Assembly (NCBI GenBank): GCA_045604325.1
Contig: JAZUNW010000036.1
Location: 2,393-66,392 of the forward strand
DNA: 64,000 nucleotides
Direction: 5' to 3'
Origin: Faecousia sp.
GTDB lineage: Bacteria > Bacillota > Clostridia > Oscillospirales > Oscillospiraceae
Part shown: one piece after another, positions 45,775-55,730 of the stretch
How positions within the stretch are numbered: position 1 is the first letter of the stretch
How the letters are laid out: every line of letters begins with the position of its first letter
Notes under the pieces: generated by a model
What the model saw: only the letters and a program-made list of their open reading frames with translations
What the model was told of the DNA's origin: nothing
The model's database searches: none
Made by a program: the position numbers and the translations under genes

Positions 45775-45824
45775 ACTGACTACGAATCAGTAGGTCGGGG
45801 GTTCGAGTCCCTTTCGGCGTACCA
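45775..45824 (+). repeat. att core, right copy (duplicated tRNA-Arg 3' half)
   Basis: Identical to 6281-6330; lacks the tRNA 5' part. Confidence 0.95.
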
Positions 45825-45984
45825 AAACATTCAAACCCGAACCTTTTACCAATTGGTGAAACGTTCGGGTTTGTTGTTTTCTTAAGTGATTTGAATTAAG
45901 TCTTTGTTTGTGGTCGTACAGAGTAGACGCTCTGTACGACCACTTCTTCGTTTCAAAGGATTTCTTACATAAAGGAGATTTGAA

Positions 45985-46869
45985 ATGAAGATTAAAAAAA
46001 CAAGAACCATTTTCTTTGCTATCGCAATTACATACAACCTGCTACTGGGTTTGTGCCTCAAGGACTTTCTCGTCCTCTCACAAACCTTGACCGCATTCTA
46101 CTTACTGTCAGTGTTGCCTACACTCTTTCTGCTTACAGAGCTACGCTCAAAGGCTATGAGGATAATCGTTCACATCGTCTTGGTGCTCGATATTCTCGTA
46201 AACTTGCTCTATTTCATATGCTGCCGTAGATTGCTCCCGGTTATGACAATGCTTTTTCTCGTCACCGAGCTGATGTATCTCATTACCGCTGCAAATCGCT
46301 TTCGTAAAGATAAGTTCCTGACGAAAATTTGCATATTAGCAATATCGGGACTCATTTTGGTCGCAGGGATCACCGCATACAATTTCGTCTGCAAACCGGA
46401 AACCCCATATCTCACCAACGGCGGAGCAACCCTGTGGGACACACAGACGGAAGAACTTGCTGACGAAATTTGTGCTCACTGTGATACTGATGGTGAAAAA
46501 GTGCAGGCGATCTACAGTTGGATCATTCAAAACTTTGAGTATGATTATGATTACCATGCCATCATCCAGTACTTCAATATTTGTAAAACATTGGGCATCC
46601 GTAAAGGTGTCTGCTATGATTTTTCCAATCTCTTCGCTGCCATCTGCCGCAGTCAAAATATCCCTTGCTACGTTGTAGATGGCACACCCTATGATCGCTC
46701 GACAGCCGACCACACCTGGAATCGCGTCTATTATAACAACTTCTGGTGGGATGTAGATGTTACAAACGATATGTGTGCAAGTAAGGACGACGGCAATATT
46801 TATGGTTTTCGCAAACTTGAAAGCCCTCATTCCTCAGACGTAGAATACAGAATAACACAAATATATTAA
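45985..46869 (+). CDS. Membrane protein with transglutaminase-like domain
   Basis: Several N-terminal TM helices; GVCYDFS, HTWN and DVT Cys-His-Asp triad. Confidence 0.85.
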   Translation: MKIKKTRTIFFAIAITYNLLLGLCLKDFLVLSQTLTAFYLLSVLPTLFLLTELRSKAMRIIVHIVLVLDILVNLLYFICCRRLLPVMTMLFLVTELMYLITAANRFRKDKFLTKICILAISGLILVAGITAYNFVCKPETPYLTNGGATLWDTQTEELADEICAHCDTDGEKVQAIYSWIIQNFEYDYDYHAIIQYFNICKTLGIRKGVCYDFSNLFAAICRSQNIPCYVVDGTPYDRSTADHTWNRVYYNNFWWDVDVTNDMCASKDDGNIYGFRKLESPHSSDVEYRITQIY

Positions 46870-46911
46870 CGAGATTATTGATCGCATACGATTGTTTTAG
46901 TGATAGAAAGC

Positions 46912-46955
46912 AATTATCCCAGCTAAACTAAATTGGCTTAGCTGGGATAATTTTT
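46912..46955. terminator. Bidirectional terminator
   Basis: aattatcccagctaa...ttagctgggataatt hairpin between convergent genes. Confidence 0.8.
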
Positions 46956-47016
46956 GTTGTTTTGTTAGATGGTATCTCAAGTCTTACAATATATATGAAT
47001 GTGTTTCTCAACCCCA

Positions 47017-50000
47017 TCAGTAACCAAGGCAAGGATATGGTTCTTGGGTGCCGAACGGAATTATGCCAAGGTGCTCTCTTTGAAGCATAGCCTTTAACCA
47101 TGTTTTATTGCCGACCCATCTGAAGAGTATGGGTTGGCGAATATACGCCTCCCGCATTACCTCCCTAACAGGCGAAGCAATACGCTCAAAGCGAAGAATT
47201 TCTTGCCCAGAACTATCTACCCATACATATGGATTGTTGTCCTTTGGATTGCATTTGAACGAATCTCGCCAAATAGATGCGGGTGCTACTTGACAATTCC
47301 CAAAGTACAATTTTAGGTTGCCGCAAACTCGATTAAACAGACTAATGCCACCCATTCCGATTGTGGTATCCTGGGTTTCATCCATCGCTTGTTCATTTAT
47401 GAGTAGACCGTAGTTTCCAAGACACGCATCAAACTCGACCGGCCTTTCCATCTTTATAGGAATATCAATTTTAGAAACCTCAGTATAGATTGTCCCCTCC
47501 CTATATCCCCAAGGATACCACAGACTCGCAGCAAGGACAATCTCGTCATCGCCGATACAGGAATGTGCAATATTGTGCAAATCAGTTGTAGAAAGTTCTG
47601 GACTACTCTTCCCATCGCGAGTAGTATTATCATTTGGAAACCATTCGTCATCAAATACCATGCGAGGCATTTCTGTCAGCAAAAACGGATCCTCCGGAGC
47701 AATCAAACGAACTTTCTTTTTTGCCAGAGGAATGGCTGCCCAGTCTCCGCACTTTTCCTTGCTATAGAAGATACTTCCAGGGAACGTATTGCTTGCCGGA
47801 AGCCGGCTATCACCGTCGCTCACATATCTATCCTCTACATATTCCTCCAAAGAAGGAGCTTCAAACAAGCATCTTCTAACAGCGTCAGCCTCTGCTTTTC
47901 CTTTATAGCGTTCTACCAACGAGAGGAAGCCTCTATAACAGTTATCTTCATCGGCAATACCATCTTCAGGAATCTCATAGTTAATGGCTGGAGCTGTACA
48001 AGACACAGTACCAGCTTCAACACTGGGTTCCTTGAGCTTCAGCAAAATACTGTGTAAGTAGAGCTTTCTGGCCAACTCAGAACAGTCGTTATACACATCC
48101 AGCAAAAGATTTTGTAACGCATTTGAACAAGACCCATCCACAACCCATCTTGCGATAACAGTCAACAGGCACTCCACCTGGTTTTGGGATAAGACCGGCC
48201 ATTGCTCAGTAATCGTTTGCATGATCTCCGGAAATTGCACCCCCAATATATAGACAGCATATATTGCGATTTCCAGTTTTCTTGCATTTTGAACATCTGC
48301 CTGCTCCAACAAAATATAAAGTGCCATTTCTGCAAACGATTGAGGTGTGTTAGCAAAAGGTGTTACCACTTTTTCGCAGTCATAATTAATATCAAAATGA
48401 TTATCCCCGGAGACCCATGTTCGTTGCGTGTGCAGTTCTTCTGTGAGCAGTGTTTCCATTTCTGTGGGATTTTTCTGGCACATCAGTTTAAATAGCAACT
48501 GCATATTCCGTGTAGATGTCTGGTAATCGTAATTGGATAATTGTGCACCATTCGCTTCTGCAAAGGTCCAAAACGCGTCAGGACCAAGTTTGTCCAAAAG
48601 CGTCGGCATAATCATATCGCACTTTTCGTAGATCCATTCTTTTCCTTGCAGATACGTACTAAAACTGTAAAGTAGCCGTTCAAGGTGCTCTTGGTTATAC
48701 TCTTCGCTTGCCAATACTTTTTCTAACACAGCCAAATAGTGATCTGCCGCCCACCGTGTATGTTCCACAGTTTTCAAATAGTCAAGAGATTCCTCTACTG
48801 ACAAATCTTTATGCAAGGCAGAAATAGCTTCATGTTCTTCCAAGCGTCTGGTTTGGCGTGCAGCATTCTCATCAAAGCCCCTTGTTTCTTCTGAGAGATG
48901 CAGTACAATAGCTGCCCACTGCGGTGTTCTCTGAAATACAAACGAGGCGAAATCGATATTTAGTTCACCTGATCTATTCACGCAGGCATCATAAATGCTT
49001 TTTGCACCAAGTCTCTCAGATTGCGTATACCACGAATGTATTCCACAACTAAGTATCCAAATGGCTTGCAGGTCTTCTTGGTTGCTTGCTATTTTGATAA
49101 ACTCAAAGAGCGAATGATAAATCTGGTCTGGATTGAGTCTAAATTCATCGCTCCATTTTCTTAGTTCCCAATAGTCTGCAATACCACACAACGCCGCAGT
49201 TTCAGTTATACAGTTCTTTATCTCATATCCGGCATGGTTGCTAGACATTTCGGCAATTTCGGATTGTTCAAGTAACTGTGCTCCAAGATCTTTCCATCTC
49301 GACGGATCTTCTTTCGCGATTATTTCAAAACACTCCAGCGGTGCGTGCATCGCATATTCCTTATAGCCTAAATAACCAACTACAGCCCATTTGAGCTGTT
49401 CTGTGAACTGCTGCATCAATTCCGGTTCAACGATTTCGCCATATGGGCGAAATCGTTCATGCATATCTGCTTTATTCTCCTCCAGACTTATTTTGCTACA
49501 ATTCTTACCATACAAAGCGTTGATGTATTCTTTAATGATTTCGTGACGGTTTTGCTTTACTAAGAACTCCAAGATGCTGGTTTTATAAAACATCCCCAAC
49601 ATGTCAATATCAAATAAACTTATGCGAAGAGCATCAATAAAGCTTTCGGTTCCACCAAGCATCTGGGCAGCTTTTGAATGTAGCAGTGTATACAGCAAGA
49701 ATCTGCGGGCCTTCGAATAATCCATCGATCTGCGCAGAGACGCCGATAGTAACCATTCTGCGCACCCCTCAAATTTTGCCGATTTAGGATTATCGACCCA
49801 ATAATACTTACCTAACAAGACTGCTACTCTTACCAAAAATGCTGACTGTCCCTTTTCGGTATCCCCTCCCTCAATTTCTGCGCAGTACCCATCCGCCAAG
49901 CTGATTAGTGTTTCGTCATCTGTATCTCGATTGATACAGCCCAGCAAAAATCCTTTTAGGACAAGTGTAAAACTCGTTTGATCATAAACCCGTTTTATGA

Positions 50001-52860
50001 TTGGTGCTCCATCTATAACATCTTGGTCAGGTGTAAATGTTGGATCACAAGTCACCTTCATACAAAGGGCCAACAAATTCCATGAAGGGTTCTCTGGACT
50101 TTGTTCCACGCGAGTCAATGCACCCGAAAATTGGTGTGTCGCCCCAGAGTAATAAATTTCCTCAAGTTTCTCAGCAAAAGTTGGCTGATTAACATAGCCA
50201 TTTCTCATTGCTTGGCGCGCTAGCTCGCATTTTTGCTGTTCTATACAGCAATTAAAGTATTGCTCACCAAAAGAAAAAACAGCATACCATTCGCAATCCG
50301 ACAAATCTTTCTTAATGCTGGGAACAGGAATATTCAATTTTGCAGCAGCAGTTCCCCAGTGTTGCAAGAAAAAACCGGTCTCTGTCGATCTGATTTCCCA
50401 AGCACTTTCTTCAGATACAGTATCGGCACAAAGTGGTAAAAATGATATTGGAGAATACTCTCGAAACCACTTATGGTACAACCCTAATGCACGTTCCTTG
50501 TATTCTTCTGTGTCAGAGGCATACAATTTGCAGCAACGATTGAGCACTCTGTTAAATTCATCAAGGTTATCCTTCGCAATCGGCAAAGCCCGTATCTCGC
50601 ATATGTCAATAGCGCTGATTTCTGGATAGTCCTTGGGGATATACTCTTTATCGAAATCCTCAAAATACCGTTTGTGCTGGTACAACGTCTTTACCGCTAA
50701 ATATGTATTGCGATAGCCAACGTAGTCCCGATTTCTGCAGGCAGCATCGTATGAAAGATGTGCAAATTCATCCAAGCGTTCTTTAGACACACCTTCTGCC
50801 AATGCATTGATTACAAATTCTGCGGTAAAGTATTGCGGTATCAGCGCCTCTTTCCTAGCGCACTGAAGCAATGGTATTCCCATAACGCACGAAAGAAGCC
50901 CCTCGTTGTTTTGGAGCAAGTATTCTGCCAGGGACAGTGCAATATCCTCATAACGCTGCTGATAGGAATGAATAACTCCCATTAGAAATACTCGAAAGTC
51001 GTTATGGAATAGTGCATACTCGCCCTCGTCATTGAGGCAACCAACAAGCGGGTATAATCTATCCAGTAACATATTCCACTCAGTTTGGCTCATTCCCGTA
51101 TTAAGTGCTGCCGCAAGGATTCTGGTATTGACTCGACCATTCATCAAGAGAATTGGGCACGCAACAATGCTTTCCGGAAATAACATTCCTCCCATAATTT
51201 TGGTAAGTTCATCTTTCATATGACTCCAAATATGGTTGTAGTATTGCTGGATGTCACCGCCAATATGGCCTTGCTGCAATTTTGCAACAACATTTTCCAA
51301 TGCGTCTAATGGTCTGATTTCTTCAATTGCAAAAACAGTGGAAAGATTGTTGCCTTCTGTCTTTTGGAAAATCAGATTCGCAATTTCATCCACTGTACCT
51401 GCAAATTGATTTGCGCGCGCCAAAATTAACTGTTTGACATCGGAAATCCCCAGTTTAGGCATTCCAATGTATTCAATTTCCGTACCGGTTGACAACCATC
51501 TAGGATACTGATCTTGGTACATTGTTGCAGGTTGTCCTGCGAGAACAAAACAAACGCCGTCAGGAATTTCGCTCGGTAACGGCAATGATGTTAGGAATGT
51601 TACAGGAATATTTGCTCGAGCAGCATGGTCAATTCCGTCAATACAGATATATACCTTTTTTCCCTCACCAATAGCAGCTTGTCCCAAAATACCAAGGAGC
51701 CGCATAACATGACTACGCATTTCCTCAACAGATAGCAATTTGTTACTTACAGAAATGTGGTATTCAGCCAAATGACCCTTTAAACGTTTGCGAAGCTGTA
51801 TCAGCAGTGCACCCCACAGGTTTTCTGCCGTACATACACCGGGATCTGCATTGTAAAAATGCTGTTCTGGAGAAATCGGCCTAAATGTATGATAGCGCAG
51901 CAAAAATAGGTTGTACTCCGACTGCAAAAAACTAATGGTACTTGTCTTTCCCGATCCAGGATCTCCTGATAGAAAGACAACCTTATGCTGCGTATCCTCA
52001 ATCTGTTTAACTAGTGATTCACAGAAAGATCGTCTGCTTTCGAAAAAAGGATACGGGTAAGCCAGTCTATGCTGGCTCTCATCTATATCTTCACCTATTG
52101 CCAGTACGGAATAGACGTCCTCCACCGTAACTTCTCTACTTTTCCGTCCGGTGGTTGTCCATTCGCTCACACCAACAAGTAGTCTGCCAAATAATTCCAA
52201 CGCAACACTTTCTTCACATGAAAACGCCTCAGATAATGACACTAATAAAGAACGCTTCATCTCTTCCAAACTACATTGGTTACCTTTAATTTGGAACACT
52301 TTCAAAAAAGCTAACAGCTCATTAGGGTCAATTTTCTGAAGAACACTGCACAATTCTTCCCATTGGCACTTCAATGCGTTGTCATTAAAGGTAAGTTTTG
52401 AAACTTCTTCTATATCTGCCGCCAATTCCTGCATCTTGGCAATAAATTGATCAACAGCATAAGCACTATAAGGCTGACCGTTTATTCTCCGTCCTGAACG
52501 GTGGTTATGTATGATACGATTTGTAAAAAGAACCGGCTTAATCAAAGAACCAGAAGAAGCACAGGCTTCTTTCCATCCCTGGAACATTGCTTCAAACAAG
52601 CACTTTTTGTCAGAAGTCTCTAGCATTTTCCCAAAGGTCAAACTTTTTGTAGCTGCCGTTTCAATATTATGTTTTACCTGATAACACATTTGTGTGTTAC
52701 CGTCGGTGTACTCAACAACGACATCATCAACGGTATCATATTCATCGTGTTGAAATACAACACAACGTATACCAGAATCAGGATTCAGCATTCTAATTAC
52801 ATTCTCTAAGCCCACATACCATTCATAAAAATATGCATCGCCAGCTCCTGGCATCGGCAT
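47017..52860 (-). CDS. Nuclease-STAND/NACHT ATPase, Avs(AVAST)-like candidate antiphage protein (1947 aa)
   Basis: N-terminal PD-(D/E)XK-like DDVVV..CYQVKH, Walker A GDPGSGKT, Walker B ICIDGIDH, LFHNDFR, and a long helical C-terminal region. Confidence 0.75.
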   Translation of the reverse strand: MPMPGAGDAYFYEWYVGLENVIRMLNPDSGIRCVVFQHDEYDTVDDVVVEYTDGNTQMCYQVKHNIETAATKSLTFGKMLETSDKKCLFEAMFQGWKEACASSGSLIKPVLFTNRIIHNHRSGRRINGQPYSAYAVDQFIAKMQELAADIEEVSKLTFNDNALKCQWEELCSVLQKIDPNELLAFLKVFQIKGNQCSLEEMKRSLLVSLSEAFSCEESVALELFGRLLVGVSEWTTTGRKSREVTVEDVYSVLAIGEDIDESQHRLAYPYPFFESRRSFCESLVKQIEDTQHKVVFLSGDPGSGKTSTISFLQSEYNLFLLRYHTFRPISPEQHFYNADPGVCTAENLWGALLIQLRKRLKGHLAEYHISVSNKLLSVEEMRSHVMRLLGILGQAAIGEGKKVYICIDGIDHAARANIPVTFLTSLPLPSEIPDGVCFVLAGQPATMYQDQYPRWLSTGTEIEYIGMPKLGISDVKQLILARANQFAGTVDEIANLIFQKTEGNNLSTVFAIEEIRPLDALENVVAKLQQGHIGGDIQQYYNHIWSHMKDELTKIMGGMLFPESIVACPILLMNGRVNTRILAAALNTGMSQTEWNMLLDRLYPLVGCLNDEGEYALFHNDFRVFLMGVIHSYQQRYEDIALSLAEYLLQNNEGLLSCVMGIPLLQCARKEALIPQYFTAEFVINALAEGVSKERLDEFAHLSYDAACRNRDYVGYRNTYLAVKTLYQHKRYFEDFDKEYIPKDYPEISAIDICEIRALPIAKDNLDEFNRVLNRCCKLYASDTEEYKERALGLYHKWFREYSPISFLPLCADTVSEESAWEIRSTETGFFLQHWGTAAAKLNIPVPSIKKDLSDCEWYAVFSFGEQYFNCCIEQQKCELARQAMRNGYVNQPTFAEKLEEIYYSGATHQFSGALTRVEQSPENPSWNLLALCMKVTCDPTFTPDQDVIDGAPIIKRVYDQTSFTLVLKGFLLGCINRDTDDETLISLADGYCAEIEGGDTEKGQSAFLVRVAVLLGKYYWVDNPKSAKFEGCAEWLLSASLRRSMDYSKARRFLLYTLLHSKAAQMLGGTESFIDALRISLFDIDMLGMFYKTSILEFLVKQNRHEIIKEYINALYGKNCSKISLEENKADMHERFRPYGEIVEPELMQQFTEQLKWAVVGYLGYKEYAMHAPLECFEIIAKEDPSRWKDLGAQLLEQSEIAEMSSNHAGYEIKNCITETAALCGIADYWELRKWSDEFRLNPDQIYHSLFEFIKIASNQEDLQAIWILSCGIHSWYTQSERLGAKSIYDACVNRSGELNIDFASFVFQRTPQWAAIVLHLSEETRGFDENAARQTRRLEEHEAISALHKDLSVEESLDYLKTVEHTRWAADHYLAVLEKVLASEEYNQEHLERLLYSFSTYLQGKEWIYEKCDMIMPTLLDKLGPDAFWTFAEANGAQLSNYDYQTSTRNMQLLFKLMCQKNPTEMETLLTEELHTQRTWVSGDNHFDINYDCEKVVTPFANTPQSFAEMALYILLEQADVQNARKLEIAIYAVYILGVQFPEIMQTITEQWPVLSQNQVECLLTVIARWVVDGSCSNALQNLLLDVYNDCSELARKLYLHSILLKLKEPSVEAGTVSCTAPAINYEIPEDGIADEDNCYRGFLSLVERYKGKAEADAVRRCLFEAPSLEEYVEDRYVSDGDSRLPASNTFPGSIFYSKEKCGDWAAIPLAKKKVRLIAPEDPFLLTEMPRMVFDDEWFPNDNTTRDGKSSPELSTTDLHNIAHSCIGDDEIVLAASLWYPWGYREGTIYTEVSKIDIPIKMERPVEFDACLGNYGLLINEQAMDETQDTTIGMGGISLFNRVCGNLKLYFGNCQVAPASIWRDSFKCNPKDNNPYVWVDSSGQEILRFERIASPVREVMREAYIRQPILFRWVGNKTWLKAMLQREHLGIIPFGTQEPYPCLGY

Positions 52861-52953
52861 AATATCACCTCCTGATTGTCGCCCTTAAGGCCCTTAAAGC
52901 AGCGGATCCACGTAATCATAAAGCGCAATACTGTAAAGTAAAGCACACTCTTC

Positions 52954-54351
52954 TTATTTTATTAGATTGCAATTATTGAGTAGTAAAGAGAAAGACTTAT
53001 GTGTTTTTGTGAGGAATCTTTTCCCTTGAGATGTACAATTGTTTCCCTTGTTTAAAGGCGAATGATTTCGATTAGAACCATTGTATATCACAATTTTAGT
53101 TGCCGACTGATAATAATCCATACAGTTAGCATCCACTTCTTGAACTGTTAAATCAAAAACATCATTACCAATTTTATTGAAATAATGCTCCCAATTCGCA
53201 CAACGAAAATGATAAATATCACCACCAAAGCACTTTTGAAACAACCGAGCTGTTACAGCGCTCTGGCCCAGACACGGTTTATCTTCTGTCCATGAAGAAC
53301 GCCGATCATCCGAGCAAGTATCTATAGTCCATCCTTGCAACAAAAGCAATGCATACAAATCAGGTATATTGGATATTCCAGATGTATTGATGTTGTCTAT
53401 ATTACTACGAACTTTGGTCGAATAAATGGAGTCTTTGTTAGATAAATAAATAGCTTTAGTGTAGTGGTAATTTGCTATTGTCAAAGCAGGCATTATTGGG
53501 GGATATTCGGGTCTGGGCTGAACGCCAGAACGCTTCTGCCGTTGTAACAGGAGCCTGTATCCAGCATCAATATCATAGTCGGGAAAAAAGTTTTTCTGCG
53601 AGAGAAGGTCTCCTTCCCCAAGCCATTTAGCAGCATCAGATATATGTATTTTCGCAACGCAAACAACATTATTATCGTAATCGCATGCCTCTCTTTTGTG
53701 GTTACGAACTACCCATCCATGTTGTGCAGCAGGTCGCAAAAAGTAGGAAGGTAACGCTTTCCTTAAGTCGACTGTGTAAGTACTCTCACCAATGTACATG
53801 CCACGAATACAAGGACCATTTGTATCGGCAAGATACATATACATGTAAAGGAAACCATCAGCGTCCGTACGTTTTGTGTACAGACTGTTATGAAATGAAT
53901 ACAATCCAAACCACAATGCACACCAATGATTGTCTACAAAGTCCATACAATATGTCCGGCCACCATAATGCTGCAAGGCAGCCTCAACGATAACACTTCT
54001 ATATCGTTCCCATCCTTCAATATCCGGATCGTTTAGTTTGAATAGATTCATTAGATCTTTATCCTTATAGATTGAAGAAATAACTTCGTCAGAAATCGCG
54101 GTATATGTTTTTCTACACCCACTTGGGGGAAGCGTACCATGTTCTGTGCCTTGTCCACGATACAGCACTGTACCATTGGTATTATTTATAAATTTAACAT
54201 ATCCAACAAGTTGGTTTAATGCATCCGCACTTGTCAAATGGTAAATTGGTATTTTAGATTCTCCTTCTTCAGAGTGGTCTTTTTCAGCTTTCCAATAACC
54301 GCAGAAATATCTGTTCTGAATATCTATAGGTGCCGGATAGTTAATCTTCAT
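52954..54351 (-). CDS. FRG-domain protein with C-terminal YunG-like domain
   Basis: LYRGQ, LQHYG..T..MDF, ALWF and RPAAQHG (FRG); W..DTC..W...PCLGQSAVTA...FGGDI...HYFN...DLT (YunG-like). Confidence 0.75.
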   Translation of the reverse strand: MKINYPAPIDIQNRYFCGYWKAEKDHSEEGESKIPIYHLTSADALNQLVGYVKFINNTNGTVLYRGQGTEHGTLPPSGCRKTYTAISDEVISSIYKDKDLMNLFKLNDPDIEGWERYRSVIVEAALQHYGGRTYCMDFVDNHWCALWFGLYSFHNSLYTKRTDADGFLYMYMYLADTNGPCIRGMYIGESTYTVDLRKALPSYFLRPAAQHGWVVRNHKREACDYDNNVVCVAKIHISDAAKWLGEGDLLSQKNFFPDYDIDAGYRLLLQRQKRSGVQPRPEYPPIMPALTIANYHYTKAIYLSNKDSIYSTKVRSNIDNINTSGISNIPDLYALLLLQGWTIDTCSDDRRSSWTEDKPCLGQSAVTARLFQKCFGGDIYHFRCANWEHYFNKIGNDVFDLTVQEVDANCMDYYQSATKIVIYNGSNRNHSPLNKGNNCTSQGKRFLTKTHKSFSLLLNNCNLIK

Positions 54352-54461
54352 ATGAATTACCTCTGTATATTTTTCGGTCAGATGGGTAACAGTTTTGGGA
54401 AATACCTAATTGCGCGTAATCCTTTTATTTTCTTACTGCACATAATAGTATCTTATTAATT

Positions 54462-54490
54462 ATTATATTGCATAATACACCAAAATTCAA
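54462..54490 (-). promoter_or_regulatory. Putative promoter of the FRG-STAND unit
   Basis: TTGAAT-17-TATAAT on the minus strand; imperfect palindrome ttgact...agtcaa just upstream. Confidence 0.55.
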
Positions 54491-54766
54491 TGCTTGACTG
54501 TTTCGTATAATCGAGTCAATGCAATACCCGAAATATGTCTCACTTTCGGTGGTACTTAGAGCGGGATTTAACAAATAAAACACCACCCGTACTGAAGGAA
54601 CGGGTGGCGTTTATAGCAATCTACCACAATATATTGATTATTAATCGCAAATTTCGGGTTGCTTCTATTATGACTTTAACATTTTCTGCAAGTGTGCTAC
54701 CCTTTCCAGGAAAGCCTGATAACAATCCTCATAGACACTTATCTCATTAATGTGCCTCCATTTTAT

Positions 54767-55474
54767 TTAGAAGACTATTATATCACCGGGATAGCGATTT
54801 CGCATTTTAGCTCGTAATTCATCAAAATTATGTACCCGAATGTTTTTGTCAGGATATTTTTGGCGCACATAAGAAAGGTAATCTGCAAGATTGCGAAAAT
54901 TCTCATGCAGGGTGTTCGTTGTTCCATCTAAAAATTTCTTGGTAGCATCATTAATACATTTAATCTCTGATGATGCTACGCCGTAGTCAGGATGGATGTA
55001 AAGATTATCGTATATTCTTTTAAATGGATCTGTCATAGGTCTCGGCTCATCAACGTGTAAAATCATCATAGATCGTACAAACTGAATTAACAGGAGCATT
55101 TGCAGATTATCAGACCTTCTCTTCTGATGATTATTACCGCTGCCGCTACCACTACTCTCGCTTATCTCTGTAAGTAGAGACATCTTTCGTGGCAATGTCA
55201 AATTCCACGCATGGATCAAGTCGTCGCTTACACTTTTAGAAAATACAGGATAATACACAGTTTTGTTTGTTGTGTCTGTCACACGAAATATAACAAAAGC
55301 TCCGTGAATTGGTCTGTTACCCGTTGCATAACTTCGTATATATTTATCTGGTAGATATTCTTCATACGACTCAATTGCAACATCAAAGTGATCAGCGATG
55401 CTTTTCCGTGCAATATCGTTAAGACAATATCTCTGTTTAAAACTTTCTACTTGCACAGTACTGGCAATCGACAT
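54767..55474 (-). CDS. Hypothetical protein (AT-rich)
   Basis: Long ORF with no recognised motif; start uncertain. Confidence 0.65.
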   Translation of the reverse strand: MSIASTVQVESFKQRYCLNDIARKSIADHFDVAIESYEEYLPDKYIRSYATGNRPIHGAFVIFRVTDTTNKTVYYPVFSKSVSDDLIHAWNLTLPRKMSLLTEISESSGSGSGNNHQKRRSDNLQMLLLIQFVRSMMILHVDEPRPMTDPFKRIYDNLYIHPDYGVASSEIKCINDATKKFLDGTTNTLHENFRNLADYLSYVRQKYPDKNIRVHNFDELRAKMRNRYPGDIIVF

Positions 55475-55520
55475 TATCAACACATCCTTTAATAGTTCGT
55501 CATTTTTGAAATTTATAGAA

Positions 55521-55730
55521 TTAATCTTTATATATGCTCGACGGATCAATCTGAAGTTTCTTACATATCTGCATCACTATATCAAAAGATGCACCACCCA
55601 CACCCCGTGAGAGGATCGTCATGAGAGAGCTGTACGGAATATCGGCCTCCAATGCAAATTGCCGTAAGCTGGGGTAATTGTCCAGAATTAGATTCCTTAA
55701 ATACTGTTCTCTATTCATTGGGTTCATCAA
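55521..55730 (-). CDS. Small XRE-type HTH protein
   Basis: SLRQFALEADIPYSSLMTILSRG..ICKKLQI. Confidence 0.75.
   Translation of the reverse strand: MMNPMNREQYLRNLILDNYPSLRQFALEADIPYSSLMTILSRGVGGASFDIVMQICKKLQIDPSSIYKD

Larger units (their letters stand above)
6281..45824. mobile_element. Integrated temperate prophage (~39.5 kb, podovirus-like) in tRNA-Arg
   Basis: Identical 50-bp direct repeats at both ends; integrase next to the right end; lysogeny, replication, packaging, head, tail and lysis genes all present. Confidence 0.95.

Noticed and set aside
45775..45824. Second tRNA-Arg gene
   Set aside because: Only the 3' 50 nt are present, with no acceptor 5' strand or D arm; this is the att duplication
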